Shown here: positions 1 through 9,528 of the stretch, in pieces
Position numbering within the stretch: position 1 is the first letter of the stretch
Layout: every line of letters starts with the position of its first letter
Source of the DNA: a virus
Lineage: Duplodnaviria > Heunggongvirae > Uroviricota > Caudoviricetes
Direction: 5' to 3' (one strand)
Length of the DNA: 58,940 nucleotides
Virus record (IMG/VR): IMGVR_UViG_3300050821_002544
Notes under the pieces: generated by a model
Database searches by the model: none
Seen by the model: only the letters and a program-made list of their open reading frames with translations
Told to the model about the DNA's origin: nothing
Program-made: the position numbers and the translations under genes

Positions 1-141
1 ATTTGCTATATTTGCAGACACATTGATGGATACAACATTGGCAGCAGCAATATTAGATAGATTGCGTGAACTATCCACAATTATTGTGTTAGCTACATCT
101 ACTCCATTTTTTACGCTGAAAGTTTTATTAATTGTTGCCAT
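1..141 (-). CDS. 5' part of a virion fibre/structural protein gene, running off the window's left edge (MATINKTFSVKNGVDVANTIIVDSSRNLSN...)
   Basis: Manually translated; ATG at 141 with GGA SD-like sequence and a CTAAATA late promoter at 165-171; the N-terminus resembles the MA..K.F.VKNG start of T4-like fibre proteins; not in the ORF track. Confidence 0.7.
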   Translation of the reverse strand, partial: MATINKTFSVKNGVDVANTIIVDSSRNLSNIAAANVVSINVSANIAN

Positions 142-174
142 GGTTTATCCCTGTGTTGACGATCTATTTAGGTT

Positions 175-1917
175 TTATGATGTAATAGCAGTTCTTAGTA
201 TCTTATAGGTAATTTGTTGACCTAATGGATTGAATGGGGTAAAATTGAGATTGAAGCTCACACCTGATATTGCCGTATTGAATGTGCCAACCGCATTGGC
301 AGAAAGAATAGTAGCGTATTCTGTGGTATAGGTACTAACTCCATCCTGGATAACGAGCAATTCTGTTGCTTGATATCCTATAACAGAAACCAATTGAATG
401 ATATATTTAATAGTTGTAAATTGGTTGGCAGGTACGTTATCTACTACAAATATACTATTTGATGTTGTTGTACCAGTAATAGTTGTCATTGCCGATACGA
501 CACCAATATTATATACATTTGAATTGATTGTATTTGCTACTAATAGATTGAACACATTGCTTCCGGCAGAGTTTGCAGCAGCATATGCTAAATTTGCCTG
601 TGTATAGGCAGAGTTAGCTTGAGTATATGCTGTATTTGCCTGAGAATAAGCAACAAGAGTAAAATTGGCATTGGTCTGTGCTGCATTGGCAGCAGCATAT
701 GCGAGGTTTGCCTGTCTATATGCAGAATTAGCAGTATTCAATCCTAAAAATGCAATTACATTAGCTGTATTTGCCTGAAAGTATGCTGCATTGGCTTGTT
801 CGAACGCAGCACATGCATTACATGAACTATTAGAACTAGAAGAACCATTGCTTCCATTGGCACCAGAAGAACTATCTCCACCACCCGAACCTGCTGGTGG
901 AGATATAGAACCACCGGTGAATGGAAATTCTGTAATATAACTAGTAAATCCAAAATCATCTGATATGGATGCATTGGCAGGATCGACTGTATCAACAATA
1001 GTTGCAAGAATTAGAGAACTAGGTACCGTCAATATTTCTACAGAAGATCCAAAGTTCACTCCATGTACATTCACATTAGATAAGAATTGACCAGAAGTAA
1101 TAGTTACTGCTAACTGACCAGTATTATAATTCCAATTAGATACAGTACCTATAGCATTTGCTGTCTGTAATGAATCACCTTGATAGACTATTTCTCCTAA
1201 TGCAAAATTACCTAATGGTGTATTGGCAGTAGTAAAAATCAATGCCTCTTCATCAAGAGGACTTCCGGATAGATAATTAATATTAGTAATAGTTTGCCTG
1301 ATGATACTACCAGAAGAGATAGGACCATAGAAAGAAGTCTGCATAGTAAAATGAATAGTCCATACTAGACGGCGCTCTGTCTCATCGGCACCACCTTCGA
1401 ACTCATTAGGCATCTGTACAGAATCTATAATGATAGGCGCATTATGAGTAATACCCATCGAATCAATATAATTAATAGTAATAGTGTAATCAGGATTGAA
1501 GAATGGAAGTATCTGTTCTACAATCTGTAAACCATCATCTATATTTCTGATATAAATGTTTAGTTCAAATCCTAGATTATATGGAACACCGTTATATTGC
1601 GTTGCAACACCAGTGGCAGTCTGTTGAAAACTCTGTAGACCTGACTGTAATTTACGTGCTGCATCATATTCAAGATCAGTAATATTGAATGACATTGATG
1701 GTAATGTAATTTCAATAGATGCAGGAAGATCAGGAGTATTGAGTAGACGTGATAGATAGTTTTCCTTACCTGCATAGGTAAGGGGCACAGTTCTACGATC
1801 AATCTCAGAACGGTTGGTATTACTGTATTTGACTAATGTAATGTCTTTGAATATGTTACCGAATCCGACAACATTCTTACGGACAATCTGATAATAGTAT
1901 GGATTAAACCCGAAAAC
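175..1917 (-). CDS. gp15: Tail sheath stabilizer/terminator gp15 with an inserted beta module and a ~250-aa C-terminal fibre-like extension
   Basis: gp15 motifs (VPLTYAGKE, LPSMSF, PYNLGFELNIY, QIVEQILPFFNPDYT); the frame stays open 43 codons upstream of the ORF-track start (VFGFNPYYYQIVRKNVVGFGNIF), but the codon there is GTT. Confidence 0.85.
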   Translation of the reverse strand, partial: VFGFNPYYYQIVRKNVVGFGNIFKDITLVKYSNTNRSEIDRRTVPLTYAGKENYLSRLLNTPDLPASIEITLPSMSFNITDLEYDAARKLQSGLQSFQQTATGVATQYNGVPYNLGFELNIYIRNIDDGLQIVEQILPFFNPDYTITINYIDSMGITHNAPIIIDSVQMPNEFEGGADETERRLVWTIHFTMQTSFYGPISSGSIIRQTITNINYLSGSPLDEEALIFTTANTPLGNFALGEIVYQGDSLQTANAIGTVSNWNYNTGQLAVTITSGQFLSNVNVHGVNFGSSVEILTVPSSLILATIVDTVDPANASISDDFGFTSYITEFPFTGGSISPPAGSGGGDSSSGANGSNGSSSSNSSCNACAAFEQANAAYFQANTANVIAFLGLNTANSAYRQANLAYAAANAAQTNANFTLVAYSQANTAYTQANSAYTQANLAYAAANSAGSNVFNLLVANTINSNVYNIGVVSAMTTITGTTTSNSIFVVDNVPANQFTTIKYIIQLVSVIGYQATELLVIQDGVSTYTTEYATILSANAVGTFNTAISGVSFNLNFTPFNPLGQQITYKILRTAITS

Positions 1918-1921
1918 TGGA

Positions 1922-2425
1922 CTATCCTACCTTTGTCTTATTCCAGCGCATTTTCGCAGCCAGAGACATTTTGAGTTTTTGTTCAGAAGTTTTTGGTTTA
2001 CCTTTCATTAGTATACTTTGTGCTTTTCTTTTTTCTTCACTCACAATCATTCCTGGTTGAAATCTAGTTTTGATTCCACCTTCTGTTAATTTTATTATTC
2101 TTGATTTATTAGAGAAACCATTTATTCTAGATTTTTCTCTCATCTGTTCACTTTTCTTTTTACCAATAGTTGCTTGATGCATTCGAATATTTTCTTCTGG
2201 TGTTCTTTTTCTACCTGTCTGTGCTTTTTTGATTGCTAAAATAGTTGCTTCTTCATGTGCTATTTGTCCACTTAAAACCAAATAAGCAATTTCATCTTGC
2301 CAACGACGATCCATAAGCCACAATTGCTTATGGATTTCTGCATGTTCTTCAATAGTTAATTCTATTAGGTTAGACGGAGCATCTGTGCCGCCCAAATGTC
2401 TAGGAATAATATGATGCTTATGCAT
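1922..2425 (-). mobile_element. Free-standing HNH homing endonuclease with basic NUMOD3-like C-terminal repeats
   Basis: HKHHIIPRHLGG...NLIELTIEEHAEIH HNH motif; KKSEQMREK / KTSEQKLKMS repeats; inserted between gp14 and gp15. Confidence 0.85.
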
Positions 2426-2427
2426 GA

Positions 2428-3351
2428 TTACTCCTGCATGTCAGGAGTTGCAAAAGGATTATCTTCACTAAAGTTAATAATACTCTGACCTTCGGCTTCT
2501 AGCTGTGCATTGTTATCTAAGTTTCTATTAACATCATCAATGATTGCAGTAGATGCAAGAACATATGATGCACGAGAATTTTGTCCTACTATAGCCGTAT
2601 TCACATGGAATATACCATTGATATGCTTTAATGTGAGAGTAAGTGAAGGCAAATCCCATGAGATTACTGTTGCATTCGCACCAGGTTGATATACTAATTC
2701 GCCCTCAGTAAATGCTCCTGCACCATTGGCAACCATAGTAAAGTTGAATGCAGGAATTACGGAATTAATAGTATCATCAAGATCGGCAACGCCGGTAACA
2801 ATACGTTCATTAGAATAGCGAAACTTCTCACATACCATAGAATAACCATATATCTTAGAATTACCAAATGTATAGAATAGATGTTCTTCATCACAGAATT
2901 TGATTTCAAATAGCGCATGAAAATTCTTCATCCATAATAGATCACCCTCGCGTGGTCTGAATAGAATTTTAACTGCATTCTGATTAATATATTGTGTTGT
3001 TATATCTGTTTGATGCGGATAATTACTAGGAGATTCAGCAGCAACAGAGTTTTGAAAGGCACGATTCATAATAAGAAATCGTGCCTGTTTCTTTACTTCT
3101 AATCCAAACTTAGAAAATAATTCTCCACCTTCGAAATTGTCCACTGACTGCACATAGACCTCTACAGGATATGAGCGAGTAAATTTGCTGGTAGGGTCTT
3201 CTCCAAACAATAGATCAATCTGTGATTCAGAATCACGAACTAGATAAAGCGCATCAATACCATAGGTCTGAACGCACTCATGGAGTAAATCTTCATAGAG
3301 TCGTTGTTCTGCCTTATCATTGAAATTGTTGAAGTACTTATTAGTTGCCAC
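2428..3351 (-). CDS. gp14: Neck protein gp14
   Basis: MATNKYFN start (GTG at 3351), YGIDALYL.R, FSKFGLE, RPREGDLLW, FEIKF, CEKFRYSNE, NPF C-terminus; T4 synteny 13-14-15. Confidence 0.92.
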   Translation of the reverse strand: MATNKYFNNFNDKAEQRLYEDLLHECVQTYGIDALYLVRDSESQIDLLFGEDPTSKFTRSYPVEVYVQSVDNFEGGELFSKFGLEVKKQARFLIMNRAFQNSVAAESPSNYPHQTDITTQYINQNAVKILFRPREGDLLWMKNFHALFEIKFCDEEHLFYTFGNSKIYGYSMVCEKFRYSNERIVTGVADLDDTINSVIPAFNFTMVANGAGAFTEGELVYQPGANATVISWDLPSLTLTLKHINGIFHVNTAIVGQNSRASYVLASTAIIDDVNRNLDNNAQLEAEGQSIINFSEDNPFATPDMQE

Positions 3352-3472
3352 TTTTCTTCTCATTATCCTTGGTAGGAACGAATCCTTTTGCCACAAATCC
3401 TTTATTCTTTAGGACGCGCATCTTCTCTATTGGCTTGATTACTTCTTTTAAGAATTGTCTGAAAGTCTTCAT
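3341..3472 (-). CDS. 43-aa peptide with a capsid-targeting-like N-terminus (MKTFRQFLKEVIKPIEKMRVLKNKGFVAKGFVPTKDNEKKSGN)
   Basis: Manually translated; fills the gp13-gp14 gap and its stop overlaps the gp14 start region; N-terminus resembles T4 internal-protein CTS MKTYQEFIAE. Confidence 0.6.
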   Translation of the reverse strand: MKTFRQFLKEVIKPIEKMRVLKNKGFVAKGFVPTKDNEKKSGN

Positions 3473-3478
3473 GATTCT

Positions 3479-4234
3479 TTAACCTATAATGAAGCTAGGT
3501 GGTGCTTCCCAATGATCGCGCAATTCTGTATATAATTCTGCTTTCTCTTGAATTGCTTCGGCATAAATTCCTTGACCATCCAATTCTACGCCACCAGGAA
3601 GTTTTACACCCTTGAATTTCTTAAGATTATTTCCCCATTGTTCCTTGAACATGGCAGTTGTATAACGTAATAGCCATGGATCATTCCAGAAACCAGTAGA
3701 ATTACCTAGAATCTGATATGATTCAAACAATAGCCAACTACCAGATACTACTTGATTACCCCAATTTAACATAGGTTTCAGGATATTAGTATAGCGATTA
3801 TATGTAAACGGTACTTCTCCAAAGAATAACATCTGAAGAGTCTGAATATGTTCATTTGCTAATTCATAATATACGTAATCCGCAGATGTGAAATCATATA
3901 ATTCATTCAGACGAATTTGATAGTTGATATCAAAGATATTAAAGTTTGAGGTACCGGTAGAGTTAATAGAATCACCGGCAATAGGATAGATATTATTAAC
4001 TCCGATAACTGTATTAGGTAATGTCACATATTGATTAGTAACATCATTTGCAGTTAATTGATAGGCAATGTAAATTTTCTGAGTAGCATCCACGTGGAAC
4101 TGTTGGAATAGACTGATAGCATCATCAATACGATCATCCAATTGGTCATCATCGACATTAATGGTAATGACGGGAAAGCCAAGTTTACGTAGACAATAAT
4201 CCTTAAGATTTGCTCTGGAAGTTACAATTGCCAT
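3479..4234 (-). CDS. gp13: Neck protein gp13
   Basis: LKDYCLRKLGFPVITINVDDDQLDDRIDDA, WLLRYTTAMFKEQWG.NL.KF.GV.LPGGV.LDG motifs. Confidence 0.95.
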   Translation of the reverse strand: MAIVTSRANLKDYCLRKLGFPVITINVDDDQLDDRIDDAISLFQQFHVDATQKIYIAYQLTANDVTNQYVTLPNTVIGVNNIYPIAGDSINSTGTSNFNIFDINYQIRLNELYDFTSADYVYYELANEHIQTLQMLFFGEVPFTYNRYTNILKPMLNWGNQVVSGSWLLFESYQILGNSTGFWNDPWLLRYTTAMFKEQWGNNLKKFKGVKLPGGVELDGQGIYAEAIQEKAELYTELRDHWEAPPSFIIG

Positions 4235-4259
4235 AATTTCACCCTATTACTGAATGTAT

Positions 4260-4266
4260 TATTTAG
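4260..4266 (-). promoter_or_regulatory. T4-type late promoter variant CTAAATA upstream of gp13
   Basis: Matches the TAAATA core of the T4 late promoter TATAAATA; the same (C/A)TAAATA occurs at 165-171, 15314-15320, 18652-18658, 29452-29458, 35012-35018, 40161-40167(+), 40188-40194, 40653-40659(+), 45823-45829, 48996-49002, 53535-53541. Confidence 0.7.
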
Positions 4267-4289
4267 GAATACTACCTATAACCGGTTTA

Positions 4290-7200
4290 TTATGTCACAG
4301 TCAGAACATAATTACGAAGACCGAATGTTGCAGGAGATGTTTGTGGCTGGAAATCCATCTTATAAAGAGAAGATTGAATTATAAAACTACCATTAGAAAA
4401 TGCTCCATTAGGTGCAGTACTATTACGATAATCCTTACGTAATGTTGACAACGGAATCTTAATAGTTACCCACTGATTCAACTGTGTCACATTGAAATTA
4501 TAAGAAAAATTGCCACCAGTAGCATTGAATAGATCATCCAAAGTATCCCCACCGACAGTACGGACATGTGGAGTCAAATTGAAGGTATTGTTGCTAGTAA
4601 CCCATACATCGAAACTTAGGAAATTGAATGCACCTGACCATAGATTATATTGACAACCAGAATTACCTAATGCCATTAGCCATGCACCGAATTGTTGTGC
4701 GGCAACGACTATGCATGGTCCACTAGCACCAATAGAACCACCATATGTAATAGTAGAAGCATAAGAAAGTTCCTGATGTAATCCACCGATATCAAGAACG
4801 CCACCAGAAGTAGTACCTGATTGAGTTTGATACAACCACCAAGAAAATTGTGTAGATTTACTACCTTCACCTAATGCATTGACAGTAGACACATAGTATG
4901 CATAGCTATTTGCTGCTGCAAATTGTGGTGGTGGTGCTGGCTGAAATCCTACACAATTGATTGCTGTATTATCGGTATATTTCTGATTTGCTCCATTTCC
5001 GGCAGCAACATTGGCTGCGAGAAGTGTTGCTGCGCCACCATTAAAACTACGGTAAATATTATATCCTGTTGCACCAGCAACAGTATCGAACTGAATAACC
5101 ATGGTATTAGGTAGAGAAGGCTGGAACCATGCACTATTTGCAGTAGATTGACTATTAGAAGTCTGTCCTTGATATAGTACCTGTACATTATTTGGAGCAG
5201 CAAGAGTTCCGCCAGCAGGAGGAATCCATGCTTGCAAATTGCTTATGTACATAGAATAAGGTACATTTCCGGCATGTGCTTGTGGAATAATAATAGGGAA
5301 ATAATGATAATCACTGACACTAGAATCTAAAACAACACCATAGATATCAGTTATTGCTGTATTTACAGTAAGATTTAGAAAATCATTGATATAATATTTC
5401 GCAGTCATTGTACCAGGATCATAACTAAATGCATACGTATTAAATTTAGTATGATCTATTACCGGATTAGGTGAATTGAAGCTATTATCATCTGCTCCTT
5501 TTGCTTGACCACCACCCATAAAATAACAAAAAGTCATTCCTGTAGGTACGCCTGCTGTCGTAGTAATAGCTGCATTTGCAGCAGTGACTAATGTAAAGAG
5601 TGTCAGATTGCCAGATACACTAACATTTGTAATATGATAACCAGTACCGACCGCCGTAGGTCCAGGATATGTACTACCAACATTACCTGCACCTGTCGAA
5701 ACTTCATTGATATTGATTGCGCCACCGTTTGACATTGTTGCAGGTCCAATAGGAAGCGTAGGTGTATTACAACTACACTGACCAGCAGTGCCAATAATAT
5801 GAACATTACTCAATGGTAATGATGTCACCCAACTTATGAAAGATGAGAACATAGAATTACCGGTATTTCCACCACCTTCATTACCTTCATGCACATCGAT
5901 TTCACAATAGTTTGCACCACCGTTGACATGCTCTTGCGGCATAATATACATTGTTTCCCAATGATCTGTGTTGGAGGTAGATAATGCAAATTGAATCTGT
6001 AAATAAATTCCATTTGCCATCACAAGATATCCATATTTACCAGCCTGACTCAACTGGCTTTGCATGAATAATGCACCCACCGTATTTTGTCCGCCGCCAC
6101 CGGTATTGTTTAGAGATAGGACACCATTGACTTCTGTTGCAAGTGCAGGATTTGTCCAATCAGTATTTCTTGTAGTAGAATATGGCTGTCTTGCGGGGAA
6201 TGCATATGCATTTTCGTTTCCTGTACCTTGTATATTTGGTGGAACGATATCTGAAAGTTGTGGAGCAAAATTGAATTGAGCTACTGTAAAACCAAGGTTT
6301 GCAGCACCAGGAGGAATGCTAGGTAGTGTAATTGTATAGGTAGCACTGCCATCGGCACTCTGAGCAAAACCAGGAGCAGTAGCGATTGCCTGAATGGTTT
6401 GAGTAGTGGGAACGTTCAATGTTCCTGTGTATACTGTGCTTGCCGTAGTAGGTGTAGTACCATCGGTGGTATAATATATTGTAGAACCAGAAGTTGCACA
6501 AGAAATACTAACTCGTTGCGCAATATTATAATTACCGGTTGCAACACTAAATGTTGGTGTAGCAGTAGGTACAGAATTAACCGAGAATGTGGCATTACCT
6601 GATGTACCAGTATTACACTGAACATCAACATTTGCAACAATAACATTACCCAATAGAGTAGAACCGACGATTGCAGTCACAGAACCAGTATTCACAAATG
6701 AGGTTACTAGATTAGCACCATTCCATTGTACATTGGCTGTATTATTAAAGTTTGTACCGGTCACTGTCATAGTAAAGCCGCCATTACCGGTATTACATGA
6801 CGACGGCGCAAGAGAAGAAATCGTAGGAGCGCCTGCGGCTGCTATAGTAAATGTAGCATTACTAGAATTTGCCGCAACACCAGGATCAGTAATCAATACA
6901 TTTGCAGTACTTATAGTTCCTAATAAACCAGATGTGACATTTGCTAATAATGATGTACTATTGGTAAATGTGGTTGAAAGATTGGTATTATTAAATGACA
7001 CAATAGATGTATTAAGGAAATTGTTTCCTGTTACCGTCATGGTAAATCCACCATTTCCTACAGAAACAGAAGAAGGGGTCAGACTATTAATATGAGCAAT
7101 TGGTAATCCATGATATGCCATCCAATTATACAATACTGTTCCAAATCCGATAGTAGGAATATTACCTGTTGCCTGTAGTTCTGTAGAACCACCAGAGAAT

Positions 7201-8642
7201 GATCCATTGGTTGTATTAGATACAATGTTCTTAAATTCCCAACCCAAATATGAAACGCCGTATTGATCTGCCCAATTGGTCATGAATGTAATATGGGGTT
7301 CACCTACGTTTGCCGCAGGACCAGAGTTTCCACCATCTTCTGTAATAACAATAGGATACCCTGCTGTCAATACTGCTTGTGCAGCATTCATAACGGCGAC
7401 AGTACCAGAACCTACAACAGCATGAGGATAGAATGTATTTCCAGCATATGGATATGTACCATTAGTATATGGATGCCATGCTGCGGCAAAGTTATTGACA
7501 GGATCAGTAATTATAACATTTGCCCATTGAGAGAAATCGCTAGTAAAACCATTAGAGCCAATCAAGATCAAATTATTGGCACCGGTTGCGCGTACTGCAT
7601 TTGTTAATTGCTGATATCCAGCAATATTCCATGTAGATGTAATAGTTCCGGAATTGAATGAACTGCCTTGATATGTATTAGCATAAGGAATCTGAGTAAG
7701 AGTTCCACCATTGATTAATGCTGTATAGACATTCGCTCCACCATTAGCGGAAACAAGTGTACCAGATGCAGAATTAAGGAATGGCTCATTGAATAGTTCA
7801 AATATAACGCCATTAAAATTAATACCAGAAATAGGGGTTGCATTGGTGCCAAATGTTTGTGCAATAGATGTCCAGAATGGAATAGATGTATCTGCGTCTG
7901 CCATAGGCGTCTGTGTCAATGGCATTAATTGATGAGTCACACCACCAATAGTAACATTAGGAGCAGTCCAATGAAGATCAAGAATTACATAACAACCATT
8001 AGATTGCGCAGTTTTGATCTGTTGAATAACATTTGCTTTGTATGTTCCATTGAAATCTGCATTTGCAGAGAATGCCCAGGCAGTACCTGCCGTATTAGGT
8101 TCCCAACATATCAAACCTTGCCATGATGCAGAATTTAATGGAATACGAACAACATTAGGTTTCCATGTAAAGTAATAACCCCAATTTGGAGCACTTCCAT
8201 ACCATGGAGCAAACCCCTGAGCTTCTGATGCTTCAAGACCTTGCATGTTAGCACCACGTAATTGTAGAACATAACCAGCAGAGTTAACAAGTTGTGAGCC
8301 ATTAGCGCTTATAACACCATCATACGTTCCAGGAGATGAGATTGCAACAGTGTACACAATCCCACCAGAAAAAACATTATAGGTTGGGAAGGCACCTACG
8401 GGCGAAGAAATGGTATATGTATAGGTGTTTGTAGAAACATTATAGCTAAATGTCACATTCGCTGCCAATACCGTGATATTGCTACTATTATTGTTAGACG
8501 TTACATTATATGTAATAGTATTGGTATTAGTGTAATTAACATTAATATTTTCACTAGGAATCGCTACCGATAATACATTACCTGATGTATTAGAGGATAG
8601 TGCAACATTTACTGTTTGTTGTGGAATTTGATAAATTGGCAT
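4290..8642 (-). CDS. Multidomain glycoside hydrolase: GH5 catalytic domain, 2 IPT/TIG-like, chitobiase C-terminal/Fn3-associated, GH16-like, Fn3, CBM-like C-terminus
   Basis: GH5 motifs LRGAN, VVRIPLN, ILDLHW, FELFNEP (acid/base), WHPY, VITEDG (nucleophile); IPT-like INSLTPSS...FTMTVTGNNF twice; TIYYTTDGTTPT; GH16-type EIDVHE; ATGYNIYRS...YAYYVSTVN. Confidence 0.85.
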   Translation of the reverse strand: MPIYQIPQQTVNVALSSNTSGNVLSVAIPSENINVNYTNTNTITYNVTSNNNSSNITVLAANVTFSYNVSTNTYTYTISSPVGAFPTYNVFSGGIVYTVAISSPGTYDGVISANGSQLVNSAGYVLQLRGANMQGLEASEAQGFAPWYGSAPNWGYYFTWKPNVVRIPLNSASWQGLICWEPNTAGTAWAFSANADFNGTYKANVIQQIKTAQSNGCYVILDLHWTAPNVTIGGVTHQLMPLTQTPMADADTSIPFWTSIAQTFGTNATPISGINFNGVIFELFNEPFLNSASGTLVSANGGANVYTALINGGTLTQIPYANTYQGSSFNSGTITSTWNIAGYQQLTNAVRATGANNLILIGSNGFTSDFSQWANVIITDPVNNFAAAWHPYTNGTYPYAGNTFYPHAVVGSGTVAVMNAAQAVLTAGYPIVITEDGGNSGPAANVGEPHITFMTNWADQYGVSYLGWEFKNIVSNTTNGSFSGGSTELQATGNIPTIGFGTVLYNWMAYHGLPIAHINSLTPSSVSVGNGGFTMTVTGNNFLNTSIVSFNNTNLSTTFTNSTSLLANVTSGLLGTISTANVLITDPGVAANSSNATFTIAAAGAPTISSLAPSSCNTGNGGFTMTVTGTNFNNTANVQWNGANLVTSFVNTGSVTAIVGSTLLGNVIVANVDVQCNTGTSGNATFSVNSVPTATPTFSVATGNYNIAQRVSISCATSGSTIYYTTDGTTPTTASTVYTGTLNVPTTQTIQAIATAPGFAQSADGSATYTITLPSIPPGAANLGFTVAQFNFAPQLSDIVPPNIQGTGNENAYAFPARQPYSTTRNTDWTNPALATEVNGVLSLNNTGGGGQNTVGALFMQSQLSQAGKYGYLVMANGIYLQIQFALSTSNTDHWETMYIMPQEHVNGGANYCEIDVHEGNEGGGNTGNSMFSSFISWVTSLPLSNVHIIGTAGQCSCNTPTLPIGPATMSNGGAININEVSTGAGNVGSTYPGPTAVGTGYHITNVSVSGNLTLFTLVTAANAAITTTAGVPTGMTFCYFMGGGQAKGADDNSFNSPNPVIDHTKFNTYAFSYDPGTMTAKYYINDFLNLTVNTAITDIYGVVLDSSVSDYHYFPIIIPQAHAGNVPYSMYISNLQAWIPPAGGTLAAPNNVQVLYQGQTSNSQSTANSAWFQPSLPNTMVIQFDTVAGATGYNIYRSFNGGAATLLAANVAAGNGANQKYTDNTAINCVGFQPAPPPQFAAANSYAYYVSTVNALGEGSKSTQFSWWLYQTQSGTTSGGVLDIGGLHQELSYASTITYGGSIGASGPCIVVAAQQFGAWLMALGNSGCQYNLWSGAFNFLSFDVWVTSNNTFNLTPHVRTVGGDTLDDLFNATGGNFSYNFNVTQLNQWVTIKIPLSTLRKDYRNSTAPNGAFSNGSFIIQSSLYKMDFQPQTSPATFGLRNYVLTVT

Positions 8643-8643
8643 A

Positions 8644-9516
8644 TTATACTATTATAGTAGAATTTACGGTTAATTGTCCATTTGCAAATAATCTAATTGC
8701 ACCGGCACCATTAATATTTAGATTAGCAACATGAACAACATTATTAGAATATAATCGCATTGCAGTATTTGCTGGTAATGTTGCCTGAACAAATGCATTT
8801 GCCTGAAATGCTCCATTTGCATACATTCTGAATACTGTAGGAAGTAATCCACCACCAGTTCCACCTACAAATGCATCCAAAGAACCTAAAACAAATTGTG
8901 ATGCACCATCTGCCCATTGGACGCCATAACTACCGGCAGCATTAACAACTTTATATGCCCAACCACCATTGACAGCACCATTAGAAATATCAGTAGCTAG
9001 TATAGTAAACCCGTTTGCAACCGTAACACTTGCAGGAGAAAAGGCTTCTGTACCAAAACACGAAATAAGTAATTCACCATTAGAAGTATTTGCTGCCGTA
9101 AGAGTCAGATTAGCAACATTATGAGGATTACCACCGAAACCAGATAATACGGTACTAGATACATCGTATGAAGGACTTGCCAATAAAGATACAATTTCAC
9201 CAAAGAAAATATCAAAGTTTGCAGTACCTGCCGCAGTATGAGCAGTTGCTGTATGAGTAGTACTGCCAGTACCGGATGCACAATAGAAACGATCTATTGC
9301 AACACCAGAACCATCATACACCTGAGAACCAATATGAGTATAACCATTGCCATTGCTATCAGAAACTGTAATGGCTTCTGCTGTTGTATTCTTTGATAGA
9401 ACACCAACAAAAAAACCACTACCAGAAACATTAGAGTTGATACTTCCACTAGTGAAAGAAGCAACCGCAGCACCAGTTTTGATGCTCATAATATTTGCCG
9501 CAATAGTAATACTCAT
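8644..9516 (-). CDS. Putative virion structural/fibre-associated beta-rich protein
   Basis: 290 aa, S/T/A/G/N-rich, between fibre genes; three C-terminal RxYxNG-like repeats. Confidence 0.6.
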   Translation of the reverse strand: MSITIAANIMSIKTGAAVASFTSGSINSNVSGSGFFVGVLSKNTTAEAITVSDSNGNGYTHIGSQVYDGSGVAIDRFYCASGTGSTTHTATAHTAAGTANFDIFFGEIVSLLASPSYDVSSTVLSGFGGNPHNVANLTLTAANTSNGELLISCFGTEAFSPASVTVANGFTILATDISNGAVNGGWAYKVVNAAGSYGVQWADGASQFVLGSLDAFVGGTGGGLLPTVFRMYANGAFQANAFVQATLPANTAMRLYSNNVVHVANLNINGAGAIRLFANGQLTVNSTIIV

Positions 9517-9528
9517 AATTATTAAATC

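Noticed and set aside
1918-2010. Amber readthrough supplying an upstream start for gp15
   Set aside because: Beyond the in-frame TAG the frame reaches TAA TGA without any ATG, GTG or TTG
1918-2427. Group I intron carrying the first HNH gene
   Set aside because: The HNH ORF fills the whole gp14-gp15 gap, with no room or recognisable P7/omega-G core; it is intergenic
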